A stretch of 64,000 nucleotides of DNA, taken from Nemertoderma westbladi (Eukaryota > Animalia > Xenacoelomorpha). Below the pieces are notes generated by a model. It saw nothing but the letters and a program-made list of their open reading frames with translations. It did no database searches and was not told the DNA's origin. Location of the stretch: assembly GCA_032718475.1 (NCBI GenBank), contig JAUCBJ010007049.1, positions 49,061 through 113,060 of the forward strand. Direction: 5' to 3'. The position numbers and the translations under genes are program-made. Position 1 is the stretch's first letter. Every line of letters begins with the position of its first letter. This document shows, in pieces, positions 35,747 through 48,400 of this stretch.

Positions 35747-38123
35747 GTCACTCACAGTCTGCCTGTCTGTATTAAATAATTATTGCTATAATTCAGTAAT
35801 TATACGTAGTACTGTAGTACAGTAGTATACTGTTTATAGTGAACAGGTACCGGTATCTGGGTATAGGCCAGGCCTATTATGTATTAGGCCTACTGTATTA
35901 TACAGAATTATCAGAAACAATACAGCAATAGCTCAGTAGCTGAATAGGCCTACTTATTAATAACTTATAATATGCCTACCGGCAACTTAACTTAATTCAA
36001 TGATATTGAAAGAAAGACAAAGACCAAACAGCCAAAGAGAAAGACTCAAAGACTCAAGTCCTGTACAAAACAAAGAGGTAAAGTCGCGTTAGGTCCCAAA
36101 GAGCTATACATAGGTCCCATTGCCATTTAAAGGGGACATAGTTGACATGTTGCCATCGCGCAACATATATTTTTTGGGAAAGAAAATTAGAAGAGTAAGA
36201 TAAAAATATTTTTTTTTAGATTTACTATTGATAGTTACGCTAAAACATACAAGTGCCGCACTAACTAACCCCAAGGGGAATCCTCATTCATTAACCACAA
36301 CTTCCATCTCGAAACCATCCCCAACATAAAATCGCTGTAAACTTTCCCAAGGGCGCGCTCCATGTAGGCGGGAGGGGGTATCACCTTATGGCGTAATTGA
36401 TAAGCAGTATGGATGTATTGGCTGATTACAGTATATACATTGTATGAACTGTATGCGTTGGTGGCCTTTGCTTTACCTACATTATGCGATTATTGGTATT
36501 GGGGTGCGTTATTTGAACTGAAAGACTACTAACAACTTACATAATGGTAAAGCATCAACCATGGGCTATTTGTAAAGTACATTGCTGTTTATATTAGGTG
36601 GGTCGGGTCTATGCACGCCAAACCAATTATCTTTGTGAACTACTGTACTACAACAGTAGCTACGTTCATATTTCTGGGAGTTAATTCCTTGACGTTTGCC
36701 GTGTCTTCAAATGCCCAAACATATATATACTGCCCCCCCCCCCCCCCCCGCCCCGGGCCCGGGCGTTTTCGCCTAGTGCCACTTCGCGAGCATTTCGAGA
36801 GTGGCGGTCCGAAACCCAAATTCAAAGTTTATTATTGGCGTTATGGGTGAAAGGGGCATGTTACAGAGGCGTGTTGGGGCAACCAAAACAGTAAACGTAA
36901 GTTAATACAGTCCGCTACAAGATTATGCGATGCAGGTTGCTTAATTGAGTCTTTGGTCTTTGTTTTGTAAGACTCACCCTTTTTATGATGTTTAAAGCTC
37001 TATTGGTAGTCATTCAAAAGATACAGTATAGTGGAGTAAACCTGCAGTACGCAGCATTTGATGTGTACTGTACATTCAGATGGTTAAATGAACTTCGATT
37101 TAATTTGTTATGTATAATATGCATATTTCCGTAAGGCAGTAAGGGAGGGGAGGGGGTGTGGGCTGGTGTGCGCCGCAATGCAGAGCACAAACATTAATTC
37201 AGTGAGGGAAACAAACATTGATGCGCGCAGATTTGAGGGCCTAATATTTAAATCAGTATATAACAAAAATATTAATAGATAAATATATTCAATATGAGGC
37301 AGCCAAGCAATATAGGTACCAGTATGCAGCTGTAGAATGAAAATTATAAACGGTTGAAACAACGATACAGTCATAGCTCATAGCTTACTTCCACAAGACG
37401 ACAAGGCAGGGCCTCTGCTTCTGCTTCTGGTACCAGTACAGTACTGCCTGACTGCAGTACCGGCAGACCTGTACTGCTGTACTGTACTGAACTGAACTGA
37501 ACTGTTATGTGTTGGTGTTACGTGTTATGTGGTCTACTATCAGTCTATAGTCTAGACTGCCAGACTGCTAGAGGCAGGCAGTATGCCTATTTATACCGGT
37601 AGGTAGTAGGAGTAGGAATAAGGAAGTAAGGTGTAAAAAAAGAGGCAGATAAGCAACAAAAATACTGGAATTCAATAATAAAAAAATAAAGAGACAAGAA
37701 AGGTAAAAAATATATGTGAAAAAAACCGGACCGGGATTTTGGGACCGGGTTTTATACATTTTACTGCTATAGCACTCCCAATAGCAGTATAGGCCCTAGG
37801 CCTAGGCCTACTGTTTTAACTTTAAGACCGAGACCGGGTTTTAATCATTTAATTTTTGGGACCGCGAGTTTATGGCTGTATGGACCGGCTGACCGGGTTT
37901 TATGAATTTTCTTATGGCAGTATGGACCGGGCAAAAATTGGACCAACCGCGCGGCGCGCGACCGGGTTTTAGGTTTATCTGTTTATTGCAGCATTGGACC
38001 GACAGACCGAGACCGGGTTTTAGACAGTCCACAGTCCCCTGACAGCCTGACCACTGACTGCCTGATATGATATAACCGTAGTGTACTGCCGTAGGCCTAC
38101 CGATATACTACACAACATGCAAG

Positions 38124-39667
38124 GGGTTTGACTAAATACGCCACCGACACCTTTCGCATACCACCGACAACAAAAGACACAAACCGACACAAACCGACAG
38201 GTAAGATCGCAAACCGACAGTATACCGACAACTTCGGCAATGTTAGTAAACTATTTCAGTGCATGATTATACAATTTTTATTCCCAGTCCAAATATTTAT
38301 AACAAAGTATTTTGTCCACTGTCGGCCTGTTGTCGGTGGTGTAATTAGTCATGATAATTTCTTTAAAATATAATACCGCCTTCATAAATTTATCTGTTTT
38401 AAATTATTATATTGCATAACGTAATGGTAAAAATCGTTAGTGTTTTTCATATGTCGGTGTTTTTTTTTTATTATTAGTTTTTGTCGGTGGTAGTCAGACT
38501 ATCAGACTATTGTCGGTGGCGTAATTAGTAACTAATAATACTAGCAGTAGCAACACACCGACATATGAAAAACACTAACGATTTTTACCATTACGCTATG
38601 CAACATACTAATTTAAAACAGATATGAAGGCGGTATTATATTTTAAATAAATTATCATGACTAATTACACCACCGACAACAGGGCGACAGTGGACAATAT
38701 ACTTTGTTATAAATATTTGGACTGGAAATAAAAATTGTATTATCATGTACTGAAATAGTTTACTAACATTGCCGAAGTTGTCGGTATACTGTCGGTTTGC
38801 GATCTTACCTGTCGGTTTGTGTCGGTTTGCATCTTTTGTTGTCGGTGGTATGCGAAAGGTGTCAGTGGTTGTCGGTGTAGTATTTAGTCAAATTTTAAAG
38901 CCAGTTAAGGCAAAGTCTTATGTTAACAAATCCAACAGTACAATATGTCGCCTGGCTTATGGGGATACAGAAAAGGTTGAATAGTTATGAAGTGGTCATC
39001 CTTGGGAGATTGTGTTGGGCAACCACTCTTTTCCCGCAACATCCAAGAGAGAAAGGAGTTTCCGTTGCTTCTTGTTTCCTTCCTTCACTTTACTTTACGT
39101 CATTTAGGCAAATACCAATTACGTCACACAATGTGCAGCTGTATGTAAAGTAATAAATTTCGGCATTCTAGGGGCCTATCGCACTGTACTGTATGTCCAA
39201 GTTTAAGAACGGATACCGCAGAAATATACCACTGACAACAATCTGACTACCACCAACAACAGTCTTGACTACCACCGACAAAAACTAATAATAATAGCAA
39301 CACACCGACATATGAAAAACACTAACGATTTTTACCATTACGCTATGCAATATAATAATTTAAAACAAGATAATATATGAAGGCGGTATTATATTTTAAA
39401 GAAATTATCATGACTAATTACACCACCGACAACAGGCCGACAGTGGACAATATACTTTGTTATAAATATTTGGACTGGAAATAAAAATTGTATAATCATG
39501 TACTGCCCCCACTGAAATAGTTTACTAACATTGCCGAAGCTGTCGGTATACTGTCGGTTTGCGATCTTACCTGTCGGTTTGTGTCGGTTTGTGTCTTTTG
39601 TTGTCGGTGGTTGTCGGTGGTATGCGAAAGGTGTCGGTGGTTGTCGGTGGCGTATTTAGTCAAACCC
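38124..39667. mobile_element. Mutator-like (MULE) non-autonomous element with 9-bp TSD and duplicated right arm
   Basis: Ends GGGTTTGACTAAATACG / CGTATTTAGTCAAACCC; ACATGCAAG at 38115-38123 and 39668-39676; about 400-bp arms rich in CCGACA. Confidence 0.9.
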
Positions 39668-40134
39668 ACATGCAAGTACCACAAACCCTGAAACCACACT
39701 CTGACACTGGATGACTGGTCTGCTGGTAGCGTGCCAGCAGGCAAGCAAGGCCCTCTGTCAGACTGTACTACCAACTACTGAACTACCGGCAGACGGTATT
39801 ATTCAGTTATTCGGTATGTAGCTCAAGCCTGCAAGCGACATTACAATTTGATTTCCTGTCAGTATGCACAGATGCAGTACCAGTACTACATACTAGCAGT
39901 AGCTGGTGGTGCTGGTGGTCGTGGTAGGGGTACATAATTATGTTAAATTGTCTTCTGAATATTGTACTGTAACTTTGATTTTAATATATTGATAATCGCT
40001 CTTCCAAGTACCATCACCCATCACGTCGCAGCTATTCTGCTGACAGATATTACTACTATTCAGCCATTTTATACAGGAGCACCACGCACCGGTTCCCAAA
40101 TATATAGCGAAACAAACCTTCAGACAGTCTAAAG

Positions 40135-40893
40135 ATGAAGGTTTGGTCGACGCATAAGGTGTTTGACGCGCCGTGGCAAACGATAGTATTAGCGCAACTT
40201 CGAAAATATCCCAACCAGTTTCAGTCCGCTGTTATCGGCATTGATACGGTGGACAGAGCCATTGACTGCAAAGGCCGCCTGGTTAGCAAACGAATTCAGC
40301 AGACACAATGGGAACTCGGAGGTCTGGTTTCTTTCGTTAAACGTCTCATAGGAATTGATTTGAACCGGATCGGTATCGTTATGGAGTACAGCATCATCGA
40401 CAGAGACAACCAACACCTCCAACTCTGTTCCTCAAACTGTACTTTTTCTGACATGTTTAATTTCTCCGAAAAGATGATTTTTTCTCCTCATCCGGTGTTC
40501 CCGGAATCAAAGACAGTCCTTTTCCACGAGGCTTCCGTAGATGTTTTTACTATTTTATCGTCGTATTTCGAAGATATATTTATCAGGAAATGCGCGGATA
40601 ATTCCAGTAACGGTCGAAAAGCCATAAACTTTATAGCAAATAGTATAAAATCTGGCGAGTTTGATCCGAGTCGGCCTGGCCAGTTAGTGTCAAAAGTCGC
40701 ATCGATGGACACCGCTTTGGAATTAGACGCATCACCCCTGATTAACGTGCCGTTCCCACAGAAACTCTCCGAATCAGTTCTCCCCTTCGCACCCGCGAAT
40801 ATGTTCACGCGTCGTACCGCCGAGGAGATTGTCGAAGCTCTCCAGAGAAACGTCGCCGATATAACCAGAGACCTGAATGTAGAAGCGATTTGA
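40135..40893 (+). CDS. PRELID3: PRELI-domain protein, slowmo/PRELID3-like
   Basis: N-terminus MKVWSTHKVFDAPWQTIVLAQLRKYPN..AVIGIDTVDR matches the slowmo/Ups2 pattern; ..NSSNGRKAINFI near the domain end; intronless CDS. Confidence 0.82.
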   Translation: MKVWSTHKVFDAPWQTIVLAQLRKYPNQFQSAVIGIDTVDRAIDCKGRLVSKRIQQTQWELGGLVSFVKRLIGIDLNRIGIVMEYSIIDRDNQHLQLCSSNCTFSDMFNFSEKMIFSPHPVFPESKTVLFHEASVDVFTILSSYFEDIFIRKCADNSSNGRKAINFIANSIKSGEFDPSRPGQLVSKVASMDTALELDASPLINVPFPQKLSESVLPFAPANMFTRRTAEEIVEALQRNVADITRDLNVEAI

Positions 40894-42597
40894 TGCAGCG
40901 AGTTGCTAGATTTAGATTGATTGAATCTATTTTGATATATTATATTCACTAAGTTGATTAGAAAATGCCCTGGGTTCGGGGTGGATTGGATATTGGAGAT
41001 AGATCGGATATATAGTTTGTGGTAGTTCACTTGTTATCATTGAATTTAGGTAAAATATTTTTTTTAGTAATTTGTTTTTGAAACAAAACTAATGTGAGAC
41101 AGGCCTTACAATGTCGAATATTTGGATTAGGTCCTGTATAACATTTCCAAAACTACTTTTTAATCGTTTACATTTATAGCGAACTTTATTGATCTAACAA
41201 TAAAACGGTTTTTCAACTACCGGTAATCATTTTGTTTTATGGAGTTTTTTATGTATCACGTATCTCTCTAAGCGTATGTTATATAATAAAGAGTAATGTC
41301 TACTGTATAAAAACAGATACAGTGCATTAATGCATCATTTATTTTTATCCACATACTATTAACTGAACTGAACGTTCATTATATCATTGGTGATATCGAA
41401 TGTTAGTACCTTGGAGGATTCCATTGGAAATCATTATGAGTGAGTGAGCAACCTCTTTGTTGTATTGTTTTATGGGTTAACCTAACTCGCTAACTGCATT
41501 GTCAAGTCTTTAGGGTATAACTTGAATTATTAAATCTAATTGATGATAATTGAGTTCGTTTTTTTGCTATTTTTGATCGGTGAAACTATAGCAATCTCAA
41601 TATTACAGGTCCGGTGGTATTATAAGCGGTATAAGCCCAGGCCGGTTCATGGAATGCAGATTTTTCTTGTAATTGCTGAATGTCGGCCACGGTCCATTTG
41701 AATTACTAAAATGGAACTTTATTTTCTATATATACCATGTATTGTATATATTTCATGTGGTGCAGTGGTTTAGTAGTTCAGTTATTTGGTAATCTCCACT
41801 ACAAGGCTCACGTTTGATTCTCTATAGGTGACGTTTATTGCATTTACCGGTTCGGTATCGCATCGGGTTTATGGTTAGGTTTAGTTTTTTGGTTGGATGA
41901 GTTGGTCCTGCCCAAACGCTAATTAAAACTGCCAAGTTACCATAACCCTACTCAAGAGGCTCTAATCTAAGAAGTGTTGTGGAATTTCTAAAATTAGGGA
42001 GGGTCATTGTTTTATGACAGTTTTAATTAAGGTTTGGACCGCCACTGCGTGTACTCGTACTGTTTATCGCGTTTCCTAGCAACAAACGTTTACTACGCTC
42101 ATGCAGATTTTAGAATTCGAATTACCCGCGAGAACCATTCAGCAATTTATTCGGTACTTCATGAACCCAACTGTGCCATATTTTGATGTTATATCGAATG
42201 TTCTAGAAAATTCTAAATTCCCTAGCCTTGTCATATATTCGATTCAAGTAATTTTGAGATGGTGTGGTTATGGAGCATCTAATGTTGTGCTATTGTCGGT
42301 GTCGTTGCTTGTATATAATATACTGTTAATTGAATTCCATAATTTTACCCGCACCCAATTTTATATAGATTTATGTAACGTGTAAAATGGTAACAAATAA
42401 ACAGGAAAATATCGTGACAATGATTTAATAATTAATATTAACTTAAATTGCGGTCCCATGAGGTATATACATTTGGGGATTGTGATTAGTTATTAGTTTG
42501 AGTTTCAACGAGATTGAATTCAATCAACAACGGTTTATATGATTTTTGTATATACCTGAATAAATTTATATTTTTCGGTTTAACTTCGCTTCAATTA

Positions 42598-43407
42598 TCC
42601 GTATCAGTATCCGTATCAGTATCCGTTCAACCCCAGTATCCGTTCAACCCCAGTATCCATTCAACCCCAGTATCCTTTCAACCCCAGTATCCGTTAAACC
42701 CCAGTATCCGTTCAACCCCAGTATCCGTTCAACCCCAGTATCCGTTCAACCCCAGTATCAGTTCAACCCCAGTATCCGTTCAACCCCAGTATCAGTTCAA
42801 CCCCAGTATCCGTTCAACCCCAGTATCCATTCAACCCCAGTATCCTTTCAACCCCAGTATCCGTTCAACCCCAGTATCCGTTCAACCCCAGTATCCGTCC
42901 AACCCCAGTATCAGTTCAACCCCCGTATCCGTTCAACCCCAGTATCCGTTCAACCCCAGTATCAGTTCAACCCCAGTATCCGTTCAACCCCAGTATCCGT
43001 TCAACCCCAGTATCCGTTCAACCCCAGTATCCATTCAACCCCAGTATCCGTTCAACCCCAGTATCAGTTCAACCCCCGTATCCGTTCAACCCCAGTATCC
43101 GTTCAACCCCAGTATCAGTTCAACCCCAGTATCCGTTCAACCCCAGTATCCGTTCAACCCCAGTATCCGTTCAACCCCAGTATCCGTTCAACCCCAGTAT
43201 CCGTTCAACCCCAGTATCCGTTCAACCCCAGTATCCGTTCAACCCCAGTATCCGTTCAACCCCAGTATCAGTTCAACCCCAGTATCCGTTCAACCCCAGT
43301 ATCCTTTCAACCCCAGTATCCGTTCAACCCCAGTATCCGTTCAACCCCAGTATCCGTTCAACCCCAGTATCCATTCAACCCCAGTATCCTTTCAACCCCA
43401 GTATCCG
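42598..43407. repeat. 17-bp minisatellite CCGTTCAACCCCAGTAT
   Basis: About 46 near-identical units. Confidence 0.97.
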
Positions 43408-44968
43408 CTACCCCTATCTGCTACCCGAAGGTAGGGGTGTGTGCAACTCCTATCTGCTACCCGAAGGTAGAGGTGTGTGCTACTCCTATCTGCTACCCGA
43501 AGGTAGGGGTGGGCGCTACTCCTATCTGCTACCCGAAGGTAGGGGTGTGTGCTACTCCTATCTGCTACCCGAAGGTAGGGGTGGGCGCTAAACCTATCTG
43601 TTACACAAAGGTAATGGTGTGTGCTACTCATATCTGCTACCCGAAGGTAGGGTTAGCTGCTACTCCTATCTGCTACCCGAGGGTAGGGGTGGGCGCTGCT
43701 CCTATCTGCCACCCGAGGGTAGGGGTGGGCGCTACTTCTATCTGCTACCCGAAGGTAGGGGTGGGCGCTACTCCTATCTGCTACCCGAAGGTAGGGGTGT
43801 GTGCAACTCCTATCTGCTACCCGAAGGTAGAGGTGTGTGCTACTCCTATATGCTACCCGAAGGTAGGGGTGGGCGCTACTCCTATCTGCTACCCGAAGGT
43901 AGGGGTGTGTGCTACTCCTATCTGCTACCCGAAGGTAGGGGTTGGCGATACTCCTATCTGCTACCCGAACTTAGGGGTGGGCGCTACTCCTATCTGCTAC
44001 CCGAAGGTAGGGGGTGGGCGCTACTCCTATCTGCTACCCGAAGGTAGGGGTGTGTGCAACTCCTATCTGCTACCCGAAGGTAGGGGTGTGTGCTACTCCT
44101 ATCTGCTACCCGAAGGTAGGGGTGTGTGCTACTCCTATATGTTACCCGAAGGTAGGGGTGGGCGCTACTCCTATCTGCTACCCGAAGGTAGGGGTGTGTG
44201 CTACTCCTATCTGCTACCCGAAGGTAGGGGTGGGCGCTACTCCTATCTGCTACCCGAAGGTAGGGATGTGTGCTACTCCTATCTGCTACCCGAAGGTAGG
44301 GGTGGGCGCTACTCCTATCTGCTACCCGAAGGTAGGGGTGTGTGCTACTCCTATCTGCTACCCGAAGGTAGGGGTGTGTGCTACTCCTATCTGCTACCCG
44401 AAGGTAGGGGTGTGTGCTACTCCTATCTGTTACCCGAAGGTAGGGGTGGGCGCTACTCCTATCGGCTAGCCGAAGGTAGGGGTGAGCGCTTATCCTATCT
44501 GCTACCCGAGGGTAGGGGTGGGCGCTAAACCTATCTGCTACCCGAATGTAGGGGTGGGCGCTAAACCTATCTGCTACCCGAATGTAGGGGTTCGCGCTAA
44601 ACCTATCTGCTAGCCGAATGTAGGGGTGGGCGCTACTCCTATCGGCTAGCCGAAGGTAGGGGTGTGCGCTTATCCTATCTGCTACCCGAGGGTAGGGGTG
44701 GGCGCTAAACCTATCTGCTACCCGAATGTAGGGGTGGGCGCTAAACCTATCTGCTACCCGAATGTAGGGGTGGGCGCTACTCCTATCGGCTAGCCGAAGG
44801 TAGGGGTGTGCGCTTATCCTATCTGCTACCCGAGGGTAGGGGTGGGCGCTAAACCTATCTGCTACCCGAATGTAGGGGTGGGCGCTACTCCTATCGGCTA
44901 GCCGAAGGTAGGGGTGGGCGCTAAACCTATCTGCTACCCGAATGTAGGGGTGTGCGCTAAACCTATCC
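43408..44968. repeat. 36-bp minisatellite derived from a SINE segment
   Basis: CCTATCTGCTACCCGAAGGTAGGGGTGGGCGCTACT, about 43 units, running into SINE-like sequence at 44970-45032. Confidence 0.95.
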
Positions 44969-45404
44969 AAAGTTTTGCTTCCAGTAATTCAACTGGACCT
45001 CATTTTTATCGACCCCAGTGGATGAAAGGCTGCTACCTACCTACTGTATATAATATGCATACAAATAATGTCTTTTTTTGTTTACTAATGTCTCATTTAT
45101 TAACAAATAATAATAAAAATATAATTTAAAATATTGATTTTGAATCATTTTAAAAATAATTGTGGCTTTGTAGTTTGTAGGCTATTTATTAAGATTTATA
45201 AAATTTGCGTTGTTTTTAAGCGAACACAAACTAATGTATGTTCGTCAAACACGAAGTATAAGTACTGTATGTTCGTACACAATAATAACATTGAATGGAA
45301 GGGGGGGGGGGGGGGGGGGATTAATAGGAAATACATTATTATAAAATATATAACTTTATTTACGCATGGAAGAATTATTAATGCATATTATTAGAACTAT
45401 CATC

Positions 45405-48400
45405 TTAATTAATCTGATACGGAGGCGAATGTTGTCGAGTTGGCGTCTGCGTTGCCTCGGATACTCTATTATATCCATTGACCATTTTAGATACGTCGTA
45501 GGAGTCCTTAGGGGGCAGGTCGTCCTCTCGAAGTCTCCACGACTGGTACATTGGACTGCCTAGCAACTGTCTACGATGTCCGTAGAATCTACCGCCCTGG
45601 TCTGGGGCCCCGTGACCTGGTCGACCCCAGTAATGGTTACCCATCGTCCACACGTGGCGTTTGTCCCACTCGCGACTCCATCGCCGCTCTAAGAGACGCC
45701 TTTAATACAAAATATTAGATATACACAGTCACGCGTGGAGGCCGATCCTACATGACTGCGGACTAAACGGAAAAGTATGCCAAAATATGAATGGAATTTG
45801 ATATGTAAAATCGAAAATCATATGCGACCACAAGCTAAATTACAGGCATGATGCTAGCTATGGCTCTCAAACATTTTATAATGCACGAGTTCCCCAGACA
45901 ATATAGAAGAATAATCAATTATAATTATTGTATGTCGTAAGTTAGTCAATTAAAAATACTTCAGGGGCGGGTGTAAACGCTACTGCCGACAACAGCAAAT
46001 CTGAAAATGTAACAGAGTCTGAGTTCGTGACTCGTTTATTATTTTGGTTAGAATAACCTTCCACTGGAACCTGTTCCTTTCCCTCAATTAATAAATAACA
46101 TTAATTAGCTTTAAAAATGGTTGTCGGCGTTGGTTGTCGGTTGTTGGCGTAGCGTTTACACCCCTCAGGGGCGTCCTATTTTTAAAAAAAGATTCACGAT
46201 GTACCCATTTTGCAAAACGAAAGCAGTAGTAAGGGCTGCTGAAATGAGAGATCTGTAAATGGCCATTTGCTTATAATTTTTCTCGGGATGGAACCTACTA
46301 ATATTATTATTATTATTACTACAGTTCGAACTTATGAAATTGACAAGGTTTTGGACTCCGACTTATTTACCTGTTATTTCTCTGGTCGGCTTCGTTCTGT
46401 AACTCGTTATAGTATTCCCTGGTATCCTCCCCGGCTGGTCTGTTAATATTCAACTTCCATCGACTCACGTCCGACGAACCCCGAGGCGATGCCTGGAGAT
46501 CCCCCGTGATGGGATTGTAGCGCGTCGGGTAGCCAACCTGACCTCGTCGCATCCACGTCGCTAAGTCGTCGTCAGCCGGCTGCCGCACGTAGTTCTCAAC
46601 GAGCGCACGTCGACTCGACTGTTGACTCATTCCCTCCTTCAGCTCGTCCAGGTATCTCCGACGTCTGTGAGTTTTATCGGCGGCCATGACGTTGAAGTTA
46701 TCTTTGTACCACTTGCCGCTGATGTCGGTGAGAAGGTTCCCCTCAGGGTCAACTAAAGGCGCACCTGCTCCAGGCTTACCGAAAGGGTCGTAGTTGTAAA
46801 TATCATTCCCCTTTGTATCTTTTTTAGGATGTGCCGCTAAATCAGTTCGATTGGGATTAGATGAACTTACTTCAGTATGATGTTCCGGTTGATAGTGTTG
46901 GTTCCTTTCCACGGACTTTGCGTTATAGTTATCTGGAATATCTGGTTGTGGAGGTTCTTTTTTTCGGGAAGAAATGTCTGGATCGTGTTCCTTCGGATAG
47001 TTATTAGGAATGATGTTAACTGTAGAATAATCAAGGTCTGATCCTGATTGTTTGTAGTTTCCGAGTTGCATGTTATAATTCCCCACATTTTGTGGAATAC
47101 CTACGGGTGCTCTTTGTCTTGGTTCTTCCACCTGTCGATTCGATTGTTTTGCTATTGACTTGTCACTGTCTCTCTGCCAATAGGGCGGCATTTCAAATTG
47201 TTGACCCCCGGACAACTGCGTATCGGCCAACGCATTGTGAGTGTGTTGGTAGGTGGTCAAGTAACGCGGAGATTTAGACGGGTCCATTTCCTTTCCCGTC
47301 TTATTGTGAGAGGAGAAGTAGCGCATACTACTGTAGGGTAAAGGTTGGGGGTCCGGTATGTTTTGAGTTTGCCGTATCCGATTCCTATAGTTTTGCCTAT
47401 CTTCTATTTGTCGGATCTCCCACGGATTGTTACTCAACGTCAACGGCAGATCTTCACGATCTATCCCTTGGTAAATATTGCGATCCAGCGGTTTATTCGG
47501 CGCCCCACCCCCGGGCTTCCCAAACGGGTCGTACTGACCCAGATCCCTAAGTAACTGCTTCTCTAGACGTTTCTCTTCGAGGTTTTGTCGTTTTTTGTCT
47601 TCGACCATGATGTTGAGCTCGGTTACATAGTCCCTCGCCTGTTCTGCCCCTCTTTCGTATCTTACAAGGTTATCGATGTCTTTATTGCCTTGTTTATTCG
47701 CGAAATGTATTGCCGGGTCGGATTTGATTGTGGCCGGCACCTCGTTGTTTGGTCCGCGTCTTTGCAACGGAGCCCCACCGCCATAAGTCCCGAAGCTGGG
47801 GTAATACGGCGTATTGTAGTCGGTATATCTGTCTGACTTCGTGTGAATGTTGTTGATTTGATCGGTTCTTCCGTGCCTCTCCGAGAACTGTTCTCTCGGA
47901 GCTCCTGCCCCAGGTTTTCCCCACGGATATCCTTCGAGATTTCTAAGCGGAGTGACATCTGGAGGATTCTGAAAACAAAATGAACGCTCCGTCTAGATTT
48001 TAAAATACTTCCAACTCTTAATACACACGGATGGACTTTTGTTAAAACTTATGTTCTTAAAGTCTCAACATTTAAATGTACTTGCCCTTTAATTTGCTCT
48101 TAATCGAATCCGGGTCTACTAATACGTGGTAGGATACACAATGAGACAGTACTTGTTAGTGGTAGTTTACTATTTCCAACCCCAAATTAAATCATTTAGT
48201 AATAACTATTTATTCCAAAATTGTAACATTACTCAACGCCGTTAGTATTAACAGCGAGTTGTTATTTAGCACTTTACAACTTTAGAGGACATTACAGCAT
48301 TGTATTGTATTGGCCCGTATTGTATTTGGTGTTATTATTTACGTGGTAACCCATGACGGCGTTAAGTAATGTCCACTAAGGGGACATTACTTAACGCCGT

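Noticed and set aside
41755-41830. Degenerate tRNA/SINE head
   Set aside because: A box plausible but B box too decayed to support a call.
42514-44970. 300-360 aa repetitive ORFs
   Set aside because: By-products of the 17-bp and 36-bp arrays on both strands.
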